Source: Malacoraja senta (taxonomy: Eukaryota). From it: a stretch of DNA of 64,000 bases. Where the stretch lies: positions 1,738,001 to 1,802,000 of the forward strand of contig CM075999.1 in NCBI GenBank assembly GCA_038087875.1. Reading direction: 5' to 3'. This document shows positions 48,090 through 61,882 of the stretch, piece by piece. The stretch's first letter is position 1. Each line of letters begins with the position of its first letter. A model generated the notes under the pieces. It searched no databases. It was not told where the DNA came from and saw only the letters and a program-made list of their open reading frames with translations. The translations under genes and the position numbers were made by a program.

Positions 48090-48790
48090 TAGGGTATGGC
48101 AGATGCAGTATAATATAGATAAATGTGAGGTTATCCACTTTGGTGGCAAAAACAAGGGGGCAGATTATTATCTCAATGGGGTTAGGTTAGGTAAGGGGGA
48201 GGTGCAGCGAGACCTGGGCGTCCTTGTACACTGAAAGTTGGCTTACAGGTACAGCAGGCAGTGAAGAAAGCTAATGGATGTTGGCCTACATAACAAGAGG
48301 ATTTCAGCATAGGAGTAGAGAGGTTCTCCTGCAGTTGTATAGGGCTCTGGTGAGACCACATCTGGAGTATTGTGTACAGTTTTGGTCTCCTAATTTGAGG
48401 AAGGACATCCTTGTGATTGAGGCAGTGCAGCGTAGGTTCACGAGATTGATCCCTGGGATGGCGGGACTGTCATATGAGGAAAGATTGAAAAGACTGGGCT
48501 TGTATTCACTGGAGTTTAGAAGGATGAGGGGGATCTTATAGAAACAAATAAAATTATAAAAGGACTGAACAAGCTAGATGCAGGAAAAATGTTCCCAATG
48601 TTGGGCGAGTCCAGAATGGATTTAAGAGATAGTTAGATAGAGCTCTAGGGGCTAGTGGAATCAAGGGATATGGGGAGAAGGCAGGCACGGGTTATTGATT
48701 GGGGACGATCAGCCATGATCACAATGAATGGCGGTGCTGGCTCAAAGGGCCAAATGGCCTCCTCCTGCACCTATTTTCTATGTTTCTATG
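48090..48790 (+). mobile_element. CR1 LINE 3' fragment
   Basis: ORF 48278-48541 [26 protein letters not shown]. Confidence 0.9.
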
Positions 48791-48934
48791 TAAGAAAGAA
48801 CTGCAGATGCTGGAAAATCAAAGGTAGACAAAAATGCTGGAGAAACTCAGCGGGTGAGGCAGCATCTATGGAGCGAAGGAATAGGTGACGTTTCGGGTCG
48901 AGACCCTTCTTTAGACTGATGTGGGGGTGGGGGG

Positions 48935-49212
48935 CTGCCCTCACAGCGCCAGAGACCCGGGTTCGATCCTGACTACGGGCGCTGTCTATACGGAGTCTGT
49001 ACGTTCTCCCCGTGACCCGCGTGTGTTTTCTCCGAGATCTTCGGTTTCCTCCCACACTCCAAAGAGGTACAGGTTTGTAGGTTAATTGACTTGGTATACA
49101 TGTCAAAATTGTCCCTAGTGTGTGTGGGATAGTGTTAGTGTGCGGGGATCGCTGGTCGGCGCGGACTCGGTGGGCCGAAAGGCCTGTTTCTCGAAACTAA
49201 ACTAAACTAAAC
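48935..49212 (+). mobile_element. V-SINE copy
   Basis: B box, central domain, (CTAAA)n tail. Confidence 0.85.
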
Positions 49213-49804
49213 TGATGTTATTCATCAAAATGTCTTTCTTCTCAACTGGAAATGGTCCCAAATAAATATAGTCAATAAAGAAACGAATGTACATACATCT
49301 CAAACACTTGCCGAGAGTAATTACAGGAAAACAATATCAGCATGCAGAAATTATAAAGACTTGTCGATTCATGAGTTCTCTTCAGCAAAATGCCAGGTCA
49401 GGCCAACGGTGAATTAATTATTAATGTGTAAGAAAGAACTGCAGATGTTGGTTTAAATGAAAAGTAGACGCAAAATGCTGGAGTAACTCAGCGGGACAGG
49501 CAGCGTCTCTGGAGAGAAGGAATGGGTGACGTTTCGGGTCGAGACCCTTCTTCAGAGGTTGAATTAATTTTGATGAACAGATCTGTCCTATAACTCCTGT
49601 TGCAGGACACATAGTGCTGGAGTAACTCCGCGGGTCGGGCAGCATCTCTGGAGCACATTCCAACTTCAGCACATTGTGTCTCTATTGTTGAACCTCTACC
49701 CGCAGTTCCATGTGTGTACTCTCTATCACATAACTATTACATGTCTCAAACTATTTGGATAAGCAACTGGTCCACATGTAAATCAGAGTTACATCAAACA
49801 CCGT

Positions 49805-50117
49805 GTGGTGCGGTGGCGTAGCGGTTAAGTTGCTGCCTTAGAGCGCCAGAGACCCGGGTTCAATCCTGACCTCGGGTGCTGTCTATGTGGAGTTTGCACG
49901 TTCTTTCTGGGACCGCGTGGGTTTCCTCCGGGTGCTCCGGTCTCCTCCCGCATTCCAAAGACGTGCGGGCTGGTAGGTCAATTGTCTGTAAAAATTGCCC
50001 CAACTGGGCGAAGGGTAGATGAGAAAGTGAGAGAACTAACGGGAACGGGTGATCGATGGTCGGCGTGGACCCGGTGGGCCGAAGGGCCTGTTTCCATACC
50101 GTGTCTCTAAAATTAAA
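49805..50117 (+). mobile_element. V-SINE copy
   Basis: Head and central domain with variant 3' region. Confidence 0.8.
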
Positions 50118-50785
50118 AGTTCTTCCATTATCATGCGTCTGTGCACTGCAAATGGCTCGATTGCAATCATGTCCTGTCTTTCCGCTGGCTGGATGGCACG
50201 CAACAAAAGCTTTCCACTGTACCTCGGTATTATCGTGACAATAAACTAAACTGAACTGAACTCAAAAAACGAAAAACGAATTATTTTTTTGGCTACAAAG
50301 CAGCGTGTCTCTGCATCTCTGTACTTGGAGCGTGGATGTACATCAAGACGCTGTTGTTAAATAGAAGATAACATTTTATTTTGCAGGCTTTCACTTATTA
50401 TACTCCTTTCAAACCATTAGACTGTAAGAGACACACACTGCATAACAAGAGGCAAGTGTAAGCAGAAACGGCAAGCTGCAATTTGCTGTGACTAATGCAT
50501 GAGATAAATCTCATGGAAATATACTGGTGTTATGGATGGAAACCTTTATCAGGCACAATAATGGGACAGGTCCGGCTGAAGTGAGCGTGAGCCGTGAGGG
50601 ATTACGATATCCATGGCTCTCAGATGCTTTGACGCAGACTCATGGTCATACAGCACGGAAACTGGCCCTTGGGCCCAACTCGCCCAAGTCGACCAAGCTA
50701 GTCCCAGCTGCCGACGTTTGGCCCCAGGTAGCCACAAAATGCTGGAGTAACTCAGCGGCACAGGGTCGAGACCCTTAACCTCAAC

Positions 50786-51036
50786 CAAAAAATGTTTTTA
50801 TCCACGAGTAGTTGCTCTACTCAACAGCCAAAAATCTGTAGCCTCCCTTTGATCTGGTATTTTGTTGGTTCACATGCTTGATCAATGGTGTTTTATCATT
50901 AATGTTTTATTATTATTGATGTTTAGTGTTTTCTGAGTCATTCGTAACTGTCACTGTATCGTCATGTTGTTACTTGTGGGCGGAGCACCAAGGCAAATTC
51001 CTTGTATGTGAATACTTGGCCAATAAACTTACTTAC
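50786..51036 (+). mobile_element. Rex1/Babar-like 3' end with (CTTA)n tail
   Basis: CAAATTCCTTGTATGTGAATACTTGGCCAATAAACTTACTTAC. Confidence 0.6.
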
Positions 51037-52884
51037 ATTCCTTCTCTCCAGAGATGCTGCCCGTCCTGCTGAGTTACTCCAGCATTTTGTGTCTGTCTTC
51101 GGTGGAAACCAGCGTCTGCAGTTCCTTCCTACACATCACGTTTGGCCCCACATCCTTCTAGACATGCTAGTCGGTCAAAGGATAAAGGGAATAACCTTTC
51201 TTGCAATGATACACATAAAGGACACAAAATGCTGGGGGGTTTTGTTTTTCTCCTTTTTTCTCTTCTTTTCTTTTTTTTTCTTTTTGTGTTTTTGTTTTTA
51301 TCTATACAAGTTCCCTTTCAAACACTTAACTATATTTACATAGAGAGCGGGAGGTGTGTACTCAATGTGTATTTTGACACTGGACACATATTTAGGTTAT
51401 ACCTGTTATTAATGTAACCCTGATCCCTAGGTATCAATTTCATTATTATGTTTATCATTATTTTTCTTTGTTTTGTTTTTGTTTTTGAAAAAAAAACGAA
51501 TAAAAAGATTTTAAAAGAAAGAAAGAGGTGGGGGCGTTGGGGCATAACGGTTCCCTTTTGAGGACCGATCGTTCTGTTTCTGAAAGAGGGAGTTGAGGGA
51601 TTTTTGTGCCTCTCTACCACACGTCCTGGGAGCTGGAGTTATGTGAAAACAATGGGTTCACAGCCAGGGCTGGAGTCACTCAGGCAGCATCTCTGGAGAA
51701 CATGGATAGGCGACGTTTTGTGTCGGGACCCTTCCTCAGACTTATTGTGGTGGGGGAAGCGATGTGGGGGTGGGGGCAGAGGGGATGATTCAAGTTGCCC
51801 GACCCAAATGCAGGATGGCGGCCAGCAATGGCTGCCTCGCCTACAGTCTGTCTGCCCTTTCTTCTGTTTTGTTATTTCAAGTACCAAAGACGGGCAGGTC
51901 TGTAGATTAATTGCCTTGGTAAATGTAAAAATTGTCCCCAGTGTGTGTAGGATAGTGTTAGTGTGCGGGGATCGCTGGTCGGCACGGACTCGATGGGCCG
52001 AAGGGCCTGTTTCCGCGCTGTATGTCTAAATTAAACTAAACTAAACTAAAAGAGTATGTTTAAGAAGGAACTTCAGATGCTGAAAAATCGAAGTTAGACA
52101 AAAATGCAGGAAAATCTCAGCGGGTGAAGCAACATCTATGGAGCGAAGGAAATAGGCAACGTTTCGGGCCGAAACCCTTCTTCAGATGTTTTATTGTTCC
52201 TTGGTTTGTTTTATGTGGGCGGGGAGGGGGGATGAGTGGCTGGGGGAAACTTTTTTTCAATCTCTTACCTCGGCGGAGATGTGATTTTATTTTCCGTGTC
52301 GTATCTCCGTCCCCACTGCGGCCTGACACCGTGGAGTGGCGCGGCATTTCCTGGAGACCGACCCGGCGCTTCGACCGCGGGCCTGGCGCGGACATCCCGA
52401 CCTGCCATTGCCGGGGATGGACTGTGGAGAGCTCCAACCGCGGGCTAGTGGACTCGAACATCACGGAGCACGCGGTCCCTGGTTAGGGACCGACTCGGGA
52501 GCTCCAAGCTCAATCACCGTCCCGACGCGGGAGTTTCGATCACCGTGACGCGAGGGCTACGGATCGCCGGCTGCGGGAGCTTTGATGGCCCTGTCTCCGG
52601 ATGGTTCGACAGTCCCGACCGCGGGAGAATAAAGGGGAAGAAGCTCGGACTCTATTACCTTTCATCACAGTGAGGAACGTGCGGAGCTGCTGTGGTGGAT
52701 GTTTGCGTTAACTTTTATTTTACGTGGCTGTGTGTCTTGTTGCTTTTCACTTAGTATGGCTGTGGGTGAACTGGGGTTGGGGACTGGACATTGTGCCTTC
52801 TCCCACAGTGGTAATCATTGTGGGGGGGATGATATTGTGTGTAATGTGTAGTGTCTATGTTTGTCTATGTCCAAGAAGGCGGTC

Positions 52885-53107
52885 GGAAGGGAGAGTGGAC
52901 GCTGGCGCGCTTTAGCAACCGCTGCTCTCTCTTCCATATTGTGTTTTTGATTTTTGTTTTTGGATTTAATTCTATCTTTAATTTGTGTACTGGTGATGTC
53001 TTTCCTATTTATTTCATTCCGCTTACATGTTTCTTGTTAAACTTTGTAAGGTGTCCTTGAGACTTTTGAAAGGCGCCCATAAATAAAATGTATTATAATT
53101 ATTATTA
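52885..53107 (+). mobile_element. L2-like LINE 3' end
   Basis: Near-identical to 4907-5152. Confidence 0.65.
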
Positions 53108-53271
53108 AATATCACTGTACCTGAACTGATGCACGTGACAATATAAACTGACCTTGAAACCTTGAGGATAGGAAAACTCCTGGATGTGAATGGAAAGTGA
53201 GAAAGAGCGGCCTTACTCTGCCACCGTACAATCAGTGCTCTTCTAAATATAGATTTGAACATGAATATTTA

Positions 53272-53515
53272 ATACACTGAAGCTCGGTGCAGCCAACGCC
53301 AAGGCTCGGTGGGGGGACGACCACAGTCTAGGGTCCTTCCGCTGCTGGACATGGGGGGGCAGGGAGTGGTGGAGACGCCCCTCAAAATAAAGGAAGGGAT
53401 TCAACGCCGGTGGGCCCCATGCGTGGCAAGGGTGGGCGATAAATTTGTGTAAACAGTATTGAATGTATGTATGGCCTCCGAGAATGTTGGATGTAGTCTT
53501 GTAAGGATCATGCAT
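53272..53515 (+). mobile_element. Tx1/L1-like ORF2 end and UTR, degraded
   Basis: TLKLGAANAKARWG..TTV-stop resembles Tx1-type C-termini (from recall). Confidence 0.4.
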
Positions 53516-54885
53516 TTTGAGAGATGTGAGTCTGTGGGATTCTCTGCCTCAGAGGGCGGTGGAGGCCGGTTCTCTGGATACTTTCAAGAGAGAGCTAGTT
53601 AGGGCTCTTAAAGATAGCGGAGTCAGGGGATATGGGGAGAAGGCAGGAACGGGGTACTGATTGGGGATGATCAGCCATGATCACATTGAATGGCGGTGCT
53701 GGCTCGAAGGGCCGAATGGCCTACTCCTGCACCTATTGTCTGTTGTCTACTGTCTATTGAAATTTAAAAAAATATTACTATAAGCTATTGCCTGTTGAAT
53801 TTTAAATCAACAGCAAAGTAAGAGGAGAGCTGAGAGTTTCAACTGACTGCTTCTCTGGCATAAACCTACATGTTGAGATGTCGCGAGGATGTTCCTCTTT
53901 GAGGCAACTCCACAACCTGGAAGGGGGTTTGGATCGAACGCAACTAAAATGGCTTGAGTGCAGACAACAGAAAGGGATAGCATGGACTCAGTGGGCCGAA
54001 GAGCCTGTTTCTTTTACTCTAGCTACCCAGTGGAGGGCCGCCGAGAATGTTTAGAGATACAGCACGGAAACAGGCCCTTCGGCCCGCCGGGAAAGCTGTG
54101 CCCTCTTGTATTTGGGTATAAAAGGTTCTGACTGTCCACCCTATCTAAGCCTCTCATCATATTGTACACATCTATCAGATCTCCCTGCAGTCTCCAAGAA
54201 CAAATTGTTTCCTTCGCTCCATAGATGCTGCCTCACCCGCTGAGTTTCTCCAGCATTTTGGTCTACCTTTGCATGGTCTAGATAGTCAGAAACTTATTCC
54301 TAAGGTATCGGTATCATAAAATTAGGGTACAGTTTTGAGGTGAGAGGAAGTGGTTTCAAAGGGGGTTCCAAGGAGTAATTTTTTATTTACACAGAGAGTG
54401 GTTGATGTCTGGACTTCATTGCCAGAGGAGATGTTGGACTCAGATACAATTAGTACTTTTAAGGGACATTTACACAGGCACTTAAAAAGCTTCGCGGGGT
54501 AAGGTCCTAATGGCATTGGTGTGGATGGGTTTGATGGGCCAGCATGGGTTTGATGGGCCAAAGGGCCCACTTCTGTACTGTACAACTCTACCGACTCTAT
54601 GAAAGGACGAAGATGACTGAACGTTATTGCCTTCCATCTCAGTGAGGAATGTTGATTCCGCAGCCGTGGATGTTTATGTTAACTTTATTGTGTATTGTGG
54701 GTTTTTTAAACTTGTATGGCTGTATGGTAACTCAAATATCACTGGACCTTTATTGGTGCCTGTGAACTTGAACTTGAATGCAAGACTGTTACAATATGAC
54801 TCGGTGAGGGTCATACTCTACAACTGTACATTCTCTGACTGTACAAACCTCTCACTCTATGAGTGTACAACTCAGTGACTGTCAA

Positions 54886-55307
54886 GGGCAGCACGGTGGC
54901 GCAGCGCTAGAGTCGATGCCCCTCAGCGCCGGAGACGCGGGTTCGATCCTGACTACGGGTGCTGTCCGTACGGAGTTTGTACCTTCCCCCCCGTGACCCG
55001 CGTGCGTTTTCTCCGGGAGCTCCGGATTCCTCCCAAACTCCAACGACGAGCAGGTTTGTAGGTTAATTGGCTTGGGGTAAGTGTAAATTGTCCCTGGTGC
55101 GTGTGGGATAGTGTACGGGGGATTGTCTGAAGTAGGGTCTCGACCAGAAACGTCACCCGTCCCTTCTCTCCACAGATGCTGCCTTTCCCGCTGAGTTACT
55201 CCAGCAAGTGTGTCTATGTACGGGGTGATTGCTGGTCAGCGCAGACTTTATGGGCCGAAGGGCCTGTTTCTGCAAACCAAACCAAACCAAACCAAACTAA
55301 ACTAAAC
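54886..55307 (+). mobile_element. V-SINE interrupted by a Penelope pLTR piece
   Basis: TGTACGGGG duplicated around 55121-55217. Confidence 0.75.
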
Positions 55308-55394
55308 TCTATGGTTTTTCATGACTCGTAGAATCATAGTCATATAGTGATTATAGTCGTACAAGTACTCTCTGACTCTTTGTCACCACGACTG

Positions 55395-55845
55395 TGCAGG
55401 AAGGAACTGCAAATGCCGGTTTAGACCGAAAACAGACACAAAATGCTGGAGTAACTCAGCAGGTCAGGCAGCATCTCTGGAGAGAAGGAATGGGTGACGT
55501 TTCGGATTGAGGCTCCTCTTCAGACTGAGAGTCAGGGGAGAGGGAGACTAGAGGTATGAAAAGGTACGGAACAAATCAGAGTTGACACTGATGGCAAGGG
55601 GAGCCCACAATGGTCCATTGTTGGCTGTGAAGGAGGTGATAACGAAGGGTGTGTGAACAGTGAAACTAGCAGGATGACCAGCGTTACTTGAAATTAGAGA
55701 AACCAGAAGGGTCTCGACCCGAAACGTCACCCATTCCTTCCCTCCAGAGATGCTGCCTGTCCCGCTGAGTTACTCCAGCATTTTGTGTCTGTTTCCAATA
55801 TTCATGCCGCTGTGTTGTAAGCTGCCCCAGCGAAATATCCCTTTG
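55395..55845 (-). mobile_element. Penelope-like element 3' part: GIY-YIG endonuclease C-terminus, UTR, pLTR
   Basis: Minus strand IFRWGSLQHSGMNI..FSNFK-stop split by an inverted pLTR, then UTR and pLTR. Confidence 0.7.
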
Positions 55846-57952
55846 TAGAGAAATGTTTGCAAGTCCAGGTGGGACACAGGGAAGAGGGGGAAGAGGGGTG
55901 GGGTGAAAATGGTGGTAGAAGGGAGGTGATTGTTTGGAGGTTAGTTACCTAAAGTTGGCAAGTTCAGTGCAGGAAGGAACTGCAGATGCTGGTTTAAACC
56001 GAAGATAGACGCAAAATGCTGGAGTAACTCAGCGGGACAGGCAGCATCTCTGGAGAGAAGGAATGGGTGACGTTTCGGGTGTGAAGAAGGGTCTCGACCC
56101 GAAACGTCACCCATTCATTCTCTCCACAGATATTGCCTGTCCCGCTGAGTTACTCATAAGATCATAAGAGATAGGAGCAGAATTATGCCATTCGGCCCAT
56201 CAAGTCTACTCCGCCATTCAATCGTGGCTGATCTATCTCTCCCCCCTAACCCCATTCTCCTGCCTTCTCCCCATAACCTCCGACACCCATCATTTTGAGT
56301 CTATCTTTGGCAATTTCAGTGTTCTCCAGAGATGCTGCTTGACCCGACTGAGTGACTGAAGAGAGTTAGATATATATTTGAAAAGTAATAAGTCTCAGGG
56401 CTACAAGAAAATGGCAGCAAAGGCCCGTCTCAAAGCTCCGTCACGGATTTAAAGGACTAAATAGTCCGAATGTTTGGATGCTGTGAAACTAAATGGGATT
56501 ATGTCTCACGTGCAAAAGCAGTTGTTAGTAATTAATAATTTGTGTTTTGTAGTTTTATAATGCCTTATGGATTTGAAAGGCAAAGATAGAGTGGATGTGG
56601 AGAGGATGTTTCCACTGGTGGGAGAGTCCAGGACCAGAGGTCACAGCCTCAGAATTAAAGGGCGCTCTTTTAGAAAGGAGGTGAGGAGGAACCTCTTTAG
56701 TCAGAGGGTAGTTAATCTGTGGAACTCATTGCCACAGAGGGCTGTGGAGGCCAAGTCGGTGGATATTTTTAAGGCAGAGATAGACGAATTCTCGATTAGA
56801 ACGGGTGTCAAGGGTTATGGGGAGAAGGCAGGAAAATGGGATTAGGAGGCAGAGATCAGCCACGATTGAATGGCGGAGTGGAGTCGATGGGCCGAATGGC
56901 CTAATTCTACTCCTGTAACTTGTGAATTCGTGGTTGTGAATGGGATTATGTATCATGCGCAAAAATAGTTGTTGGTAATTAATATTCTTTTGTGTTTCGT
57001 ACTTTTATAACACCGTATGGATTTCTCCACCTCGACTCTATTAATCTGCAAATTTGGATGAAAAATTGTTTTATGGAAATCAAGAGGCTCCTGAAATAGC
57101 TGGATTGGATGGTGATGAACTTTACTGATGCTCAGCTAAGTGTGATCATTAGTGCGAAATCTGTGAGTATGTCAGTGTGTAGTAGGTAACTAGCAGAGAA
57201 GAAGTCGGAACCGGAGCAGAACAGTTCAATAAAATCATTGCGGCTGTTCAATGCCCTATAATCTTTGACGCTCTGTGTATAAAAATCAATCCGTTTTGGA
57301 ATATATTTAATTACTTAACCTTTAATTACTTGCAGCTCAATAAGACTTTGGTCAGAGCGCATTTGGAGTATTGCGTGCAGTTCTGGTCACCCCATTACAC
57401 GAAGGATGTGGAGGTCTCGGAGAGTGAGTAGAGGAGGTTTACCAGAATGATGCATGAAGGAACTGCAGGCGCTGGTTTAGACCGAAGAGAGACACAAAAA
57501 GCTGGAGTAACTCAGCGGGACAGGCAGCATCTCTGGAGAGACTTCAGTCTGAAGAAGGGTCTCGACCCCATCCCTTCTCTCCAGAGATGCTGCCTGTCCC
57601 GCTGAGTTCCTCCACCATTTTGTGTCTACCAGAATAATGCCTGGATTAGTGGGTACAAGGAGAGGTTGGACAGACTTGGATTGTCAGGACCCGAAACGTC
57701 ACCTATTTCCTTCGCTCCGTAGATGCTGCCTCACCCGCTGAGTTTCTCCAGCATTTTTGTCTGCCTTGGATTTTTCCACCATCGGCAGTTCGTTCTTAAA
57801 CACCCACTCCATGCATGTCTCTCGTGACCTTAGACCGATCTGTCCGTGCCTTCCGTCAGTCAGTGCTTTGTGTTAGATTCCGGATTACATCCATGTCTGG
57901 CCTGTCGGGATTTCTCCTCTCCTTTCCGACATTATCCCTTTTCGTCCGATAT

Positions 57953-58779
57953 ACATAGATACATAGAAAATAGGTGCAGGAGTAGGCCATTCGGCCCTTC
58001 GAGCCTGCACCGCCATTCAATATGATCATGGCTGATCATCCAACTCAGTATCCCGTACCTGCCTTCTCTCCATACCCCCTGATCCCTTTAGCCACAAGGG
58101 CCACATCTAACTCCCTCTTAAATATAGCCAATGAACTGGCCTCAACTACCCTCTGTGGCAGAGAATTCCACAGATTCACCACTCTCTGCGTGAAAAAGTT
58201 TTTCCTCATCTCGGTCTTAAAGGATTTCCCCCTTATCTTTAAGCTGTGACCCCTTGTCCTGGACTTTCCCAACATCGGGAACAATCTTCCTGCATCTAGC
58301 CTGTCCAACCCCATAAGAATTTTGTACGTTTCTATAAGATTCCCTCTCAATCTCCTAAATTCTAGCGAGTACAAGCCAAGTCTATCCAGTCTTTCTTCAT
58401 TTGAAAGTCCTGACATCCCAGGAATCAGTCTGGTGAACCTTCTCTGCACTCCCTCTATGGCTATAATGTCCTTCCTCAGATTTGGAGACCAAAACTGTAC
58501 GCAATACTCCAGGTGTGGTCTCACCAAGACCCTGTACAACTGCAGTAGAACCTCCCTGCTCCTATACTCAAATCCTCTTGCTATGAAAGCTAACATACCA
58601 TTCGCTTTCTTCACTGCCTGCTGCACCTGCATGCCTACTTTCAATGACTGGTGTACCATGATACCCAGGTCTCGCTGCATCTCCCCATTTCCTAATCGGC
58701 CACCATTTAGATAATAGTCTGCCTTCCCGTTTTTGCCACCAAAGTGGATAACCTCACATTTATCCACATTATACTGTAC
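57953..58779 (-). mobile_element. CR1 LINE 3' fragment, open ORF2 end (247 aa)
   Basis: [41 protein letters not shown]. Confidence 0.92.
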
Positions 58780-59774
58780 AGTATCCACAATTTATATAAA
58801 ATTGTAACAATTCACCTGATTGACTTCAACGCCACTTGCCTCCCGTTACCATGGAAGTGAAGAAGCAGAGACATGTACTGACTTTGCTGCACAATACGTA
58901 GAAATTGTATCAAAACAATCGCAGGTCCCTGGTGGGAGACCGCTTTTCGGAGCTCCCACAACGGCAACTTCTCCCGCCGGAATCGCTGGGGTTTAAAGGA
59001 CTCGGAGCGGGGCCTAACATCGCCCGGCGCGGCTTAAACGGCCGCGGGACTTGCCATCGCCCGCCGGGGGCTTTAACATCGTGAGCCCCAGTCGCCTCGA
59101 CGCTGCAGTTGGACTGCTGGACCGCGGGAGAAGAACAAAGGGAAGAGATAAGACTTTTGCCTTCCATCACAGTGAGGAGGTGTTGGAGATTCACCGTGAT
59201 GGATGTTTGTGCAAATTGTGTTAAGTGTGTGTCTTGGTTTTTTATTTTGTAATGTCATGAATGAAATTTCGTTCAAACCTTGTCTGTTTGAATGACAATA
59301 AAAGGCATTCGATTCTCATTCTATTCTATTCTAAAACCTTTCAGAATCCACGGCCATTTCTGAAACAGACCGAATTGTGACAGCGGAGGGCTTACGCTGG
59401 GGATGGAGGGATACGGATCACGCGCAGGAAGATAAGAGTTGGTCTTGGCGTCATGTTCGGCACGGACCTTGTGGGCCGAAGGGCCTGTTCCTGTGCTGTA
59501 ATGTTCTATGATCTATGGTTTAGTTTATTGTCACGTGTACCGAGGTACAGTGAAAAGCATGTTGTTGCCTGCTATCCAGTCAGAGGAAAGACAACACATG
59601 ATTACAGCCAAGCTACCCACAGGGTAAAGATGCAGGATAAAGAGAATAGCGTTTAGTGCAAGATAAAGTCCAGTAAAGTCTGATTAAAACTAGTCTGAGG
59701 TGGATTAAAGTTTGATTAAAACTAGTCTGAGGTGGATAGTAGCTCAGGACCACTCTCTAGTTGGTGATCGGACT

Positions 59775-60093
59775 AGTTTTAGTTTTTAGTTTTAGAGATA
59801 CAGCGCGGAAACAGGCCCTTCGGCCCACCGTGTCCGTGCCGACCAGCGACCCCCACACACTAACACTATCCTACACTCACTAGGGACAATTTTTACATTT
59901 ACCCAGCCAATTAACCGACAAACCTGGACGTCTTTGGAGTGTGGGAGGAAACCGAAGATCTCGGAGAAAACCCACGCAGGTCACGGGGAGAACGTGCAAA
60001 CTCCGTACAGATGGCACCCGTAGTCGGGATCGAACCCGGGTCTCCGGCGCTGCATTCGCTGTAAGGCAGAAACTCTACCGCTGCGCCACCGTG
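59775..60093 (-). mobile_element. V-SINE copy
   Basis: Full-length reverse complement. Confidence 0.88.
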
Positions 60094-60359
60094 ACTAGCC
60101 CTAATCTAGACTAGTTGTTGGTGTGGAGTTGGGGGTGGGTGTTGAGATGTGGAGGGCGAGCGGGTACAGCCCCTTCCTACACAGATACTCTACCTTGCCA
60201 AGTTCAATAGGTTTATGTGGAGGAAGGAACTGCAGGTGCTGCTTTAAACTGAAGATAGACACAAAATGCTGGAGTAACTCAGCGGGACCGGCAGCGTCTC
60301 TGGAGAGAAGGAATGGGTGACGTTTCAGGTTGAGACCCTTCTTCAGACGGGTGGGTCAT

Positions 60360-60852
60360 CTTTCAGTTTCAGTTTTAGTTTATTGTCACGTATACCAAAT
60401 TACAGTGAGAACCTTCTGTTGCGAGCTGACCAGTCAGTGGGAAAACATGATTACAATTGATCCATTTACAGTGTTTACTGGAGATACATGATAAGGGAAT
60501 AACGTTTAGTGCAAGGTAAAGCCAGCAAAGTCCGATCAAAGTCCGATGGTCACCAATGAGGTAGATAGTAGTTCAGGACCGCTCCCTGGTTGTGGTAGGA
60601 TGGTTCAGTTGCCTGATAACAGCTGGGAAGAAACTGTCCCTGAATCTGGAGGTGTGCATTCGTTTTCACACTTCTGTACCTCTTGCCCGATGGGAGAGGG
60701 GAGAAGAGGGAGTGTCCGGGGTGCGACTGGTCCTTGATGATGCTGCTGGCCTTGCCGAGGCAGCGCGAGGTGTCGATGGAGTCAATGGAAGGGAGGTTGG
60801 TTTGTGTGATGGTCTGGGCTGCGTCCACAATTGGCTGCAATTTCTTGCGGAC
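60360..60852 (-). mobile_element. Rex1/Babar LINE 3' end; its UTR recurs at 26080, 33715, 37780, 42190, 46750, 50130, 59518
   Basis: RKKLQPIVDAAQTITQTNLPSIDSIDTSRCLGKASSIIKD..LPSGKRYRS followed by UTR ending GTGACAATAAACT. Confidence 0.85.
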
Positions 60853-61484
60853 TTGAATTGGAGCTGTCCCCAAACTCTGTTGTGATGCATCCCAATATAA
60901 TGTTTGTATTATATATAAAGTTTCTCCCGTGCAGTGATCATATTTCAATCAATTCCTCCGATCCTGTTGATAGTTTGGGCAGGAAATGTGGGCGAGAGAG
61001 GTCAAGTTATAGAGGCTATGCTTTACATCCCTAAACTACTCAACAATTTACCTGTCAGTCGGAACAATGCTTCTGTGGATTGGGTTACATCATGGCCAAG
61101 GAACTATTGTCCAAATTATCCAAAACTATGATTATATTCTGGAAGCAATTGAGGCGTCACTTCACCTTTGAAACTTAACGTATATTTAAATCACCTCCGC
61201 AAATCCGAAACTGATCCTTTTCTGCAGTAACCACAGGGATTAAAGTTATGCGTAGGAAGGAACTGCAGATGCTGGTTTAAACCAGAGATAGACACAAAGT
61301 GCTGGAGTAACTCAGCGGGACAGGCAAGCGTCCCTGGAGAGAAGGAATGGGTGACGTTTTGAGTCGAGAAGCCTCTTCAGTCTCCAGAGACGCTGCCTGT
61401 ACCATCTTGGGATTAAAGTTATGTTGGGCAGGATGAGGGGCCTGATGCGATTCTGGAATGCAGGACGATGCGAGGAATGGACAT

Positions 61485-61882
61485 GCTGGGCTTGTATACT
61501 CCGGAGTTTAGAAGGATGAGAGGATATCTCATTGAAACATATAAGATTGTTAAGGGCTTGGACACGCTAGAGGCAGGAAACATGTTCCCGATGTTGGGGA
61601 ATCCAGAACCAGGGGCCACACAGTTTAAGAATAAGGAGTAAGCCATTTAGAACGGAGACGAGGAAACACTTTTTCTCACAGAGAGTGGTGAGTCTGTGGA
61701 ATTCTCTGCCTCAGAGGGCGGTGGAGGCAGGTTCTCTGGATGCTTTCAAGAGAGAGCTAGATAGGGCTCTTAAGGGGATTTGGGGAGAAGGCAGGAACGG
61801 GGTACTGATTGGGGATGATCAGCCATGATCACATTGGCTCGAAGGGCCGAATGGCCTACTCCTGCACCTATTGTCTATTGTT
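61485..61882 (+). mobile_element. CR1 3' fragment
   Basis: GGAGTTTAGAAGGATGAGAGGATATCTCATTGAAAC..TATTGTCTATTG tail. Confidence 0.85.
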
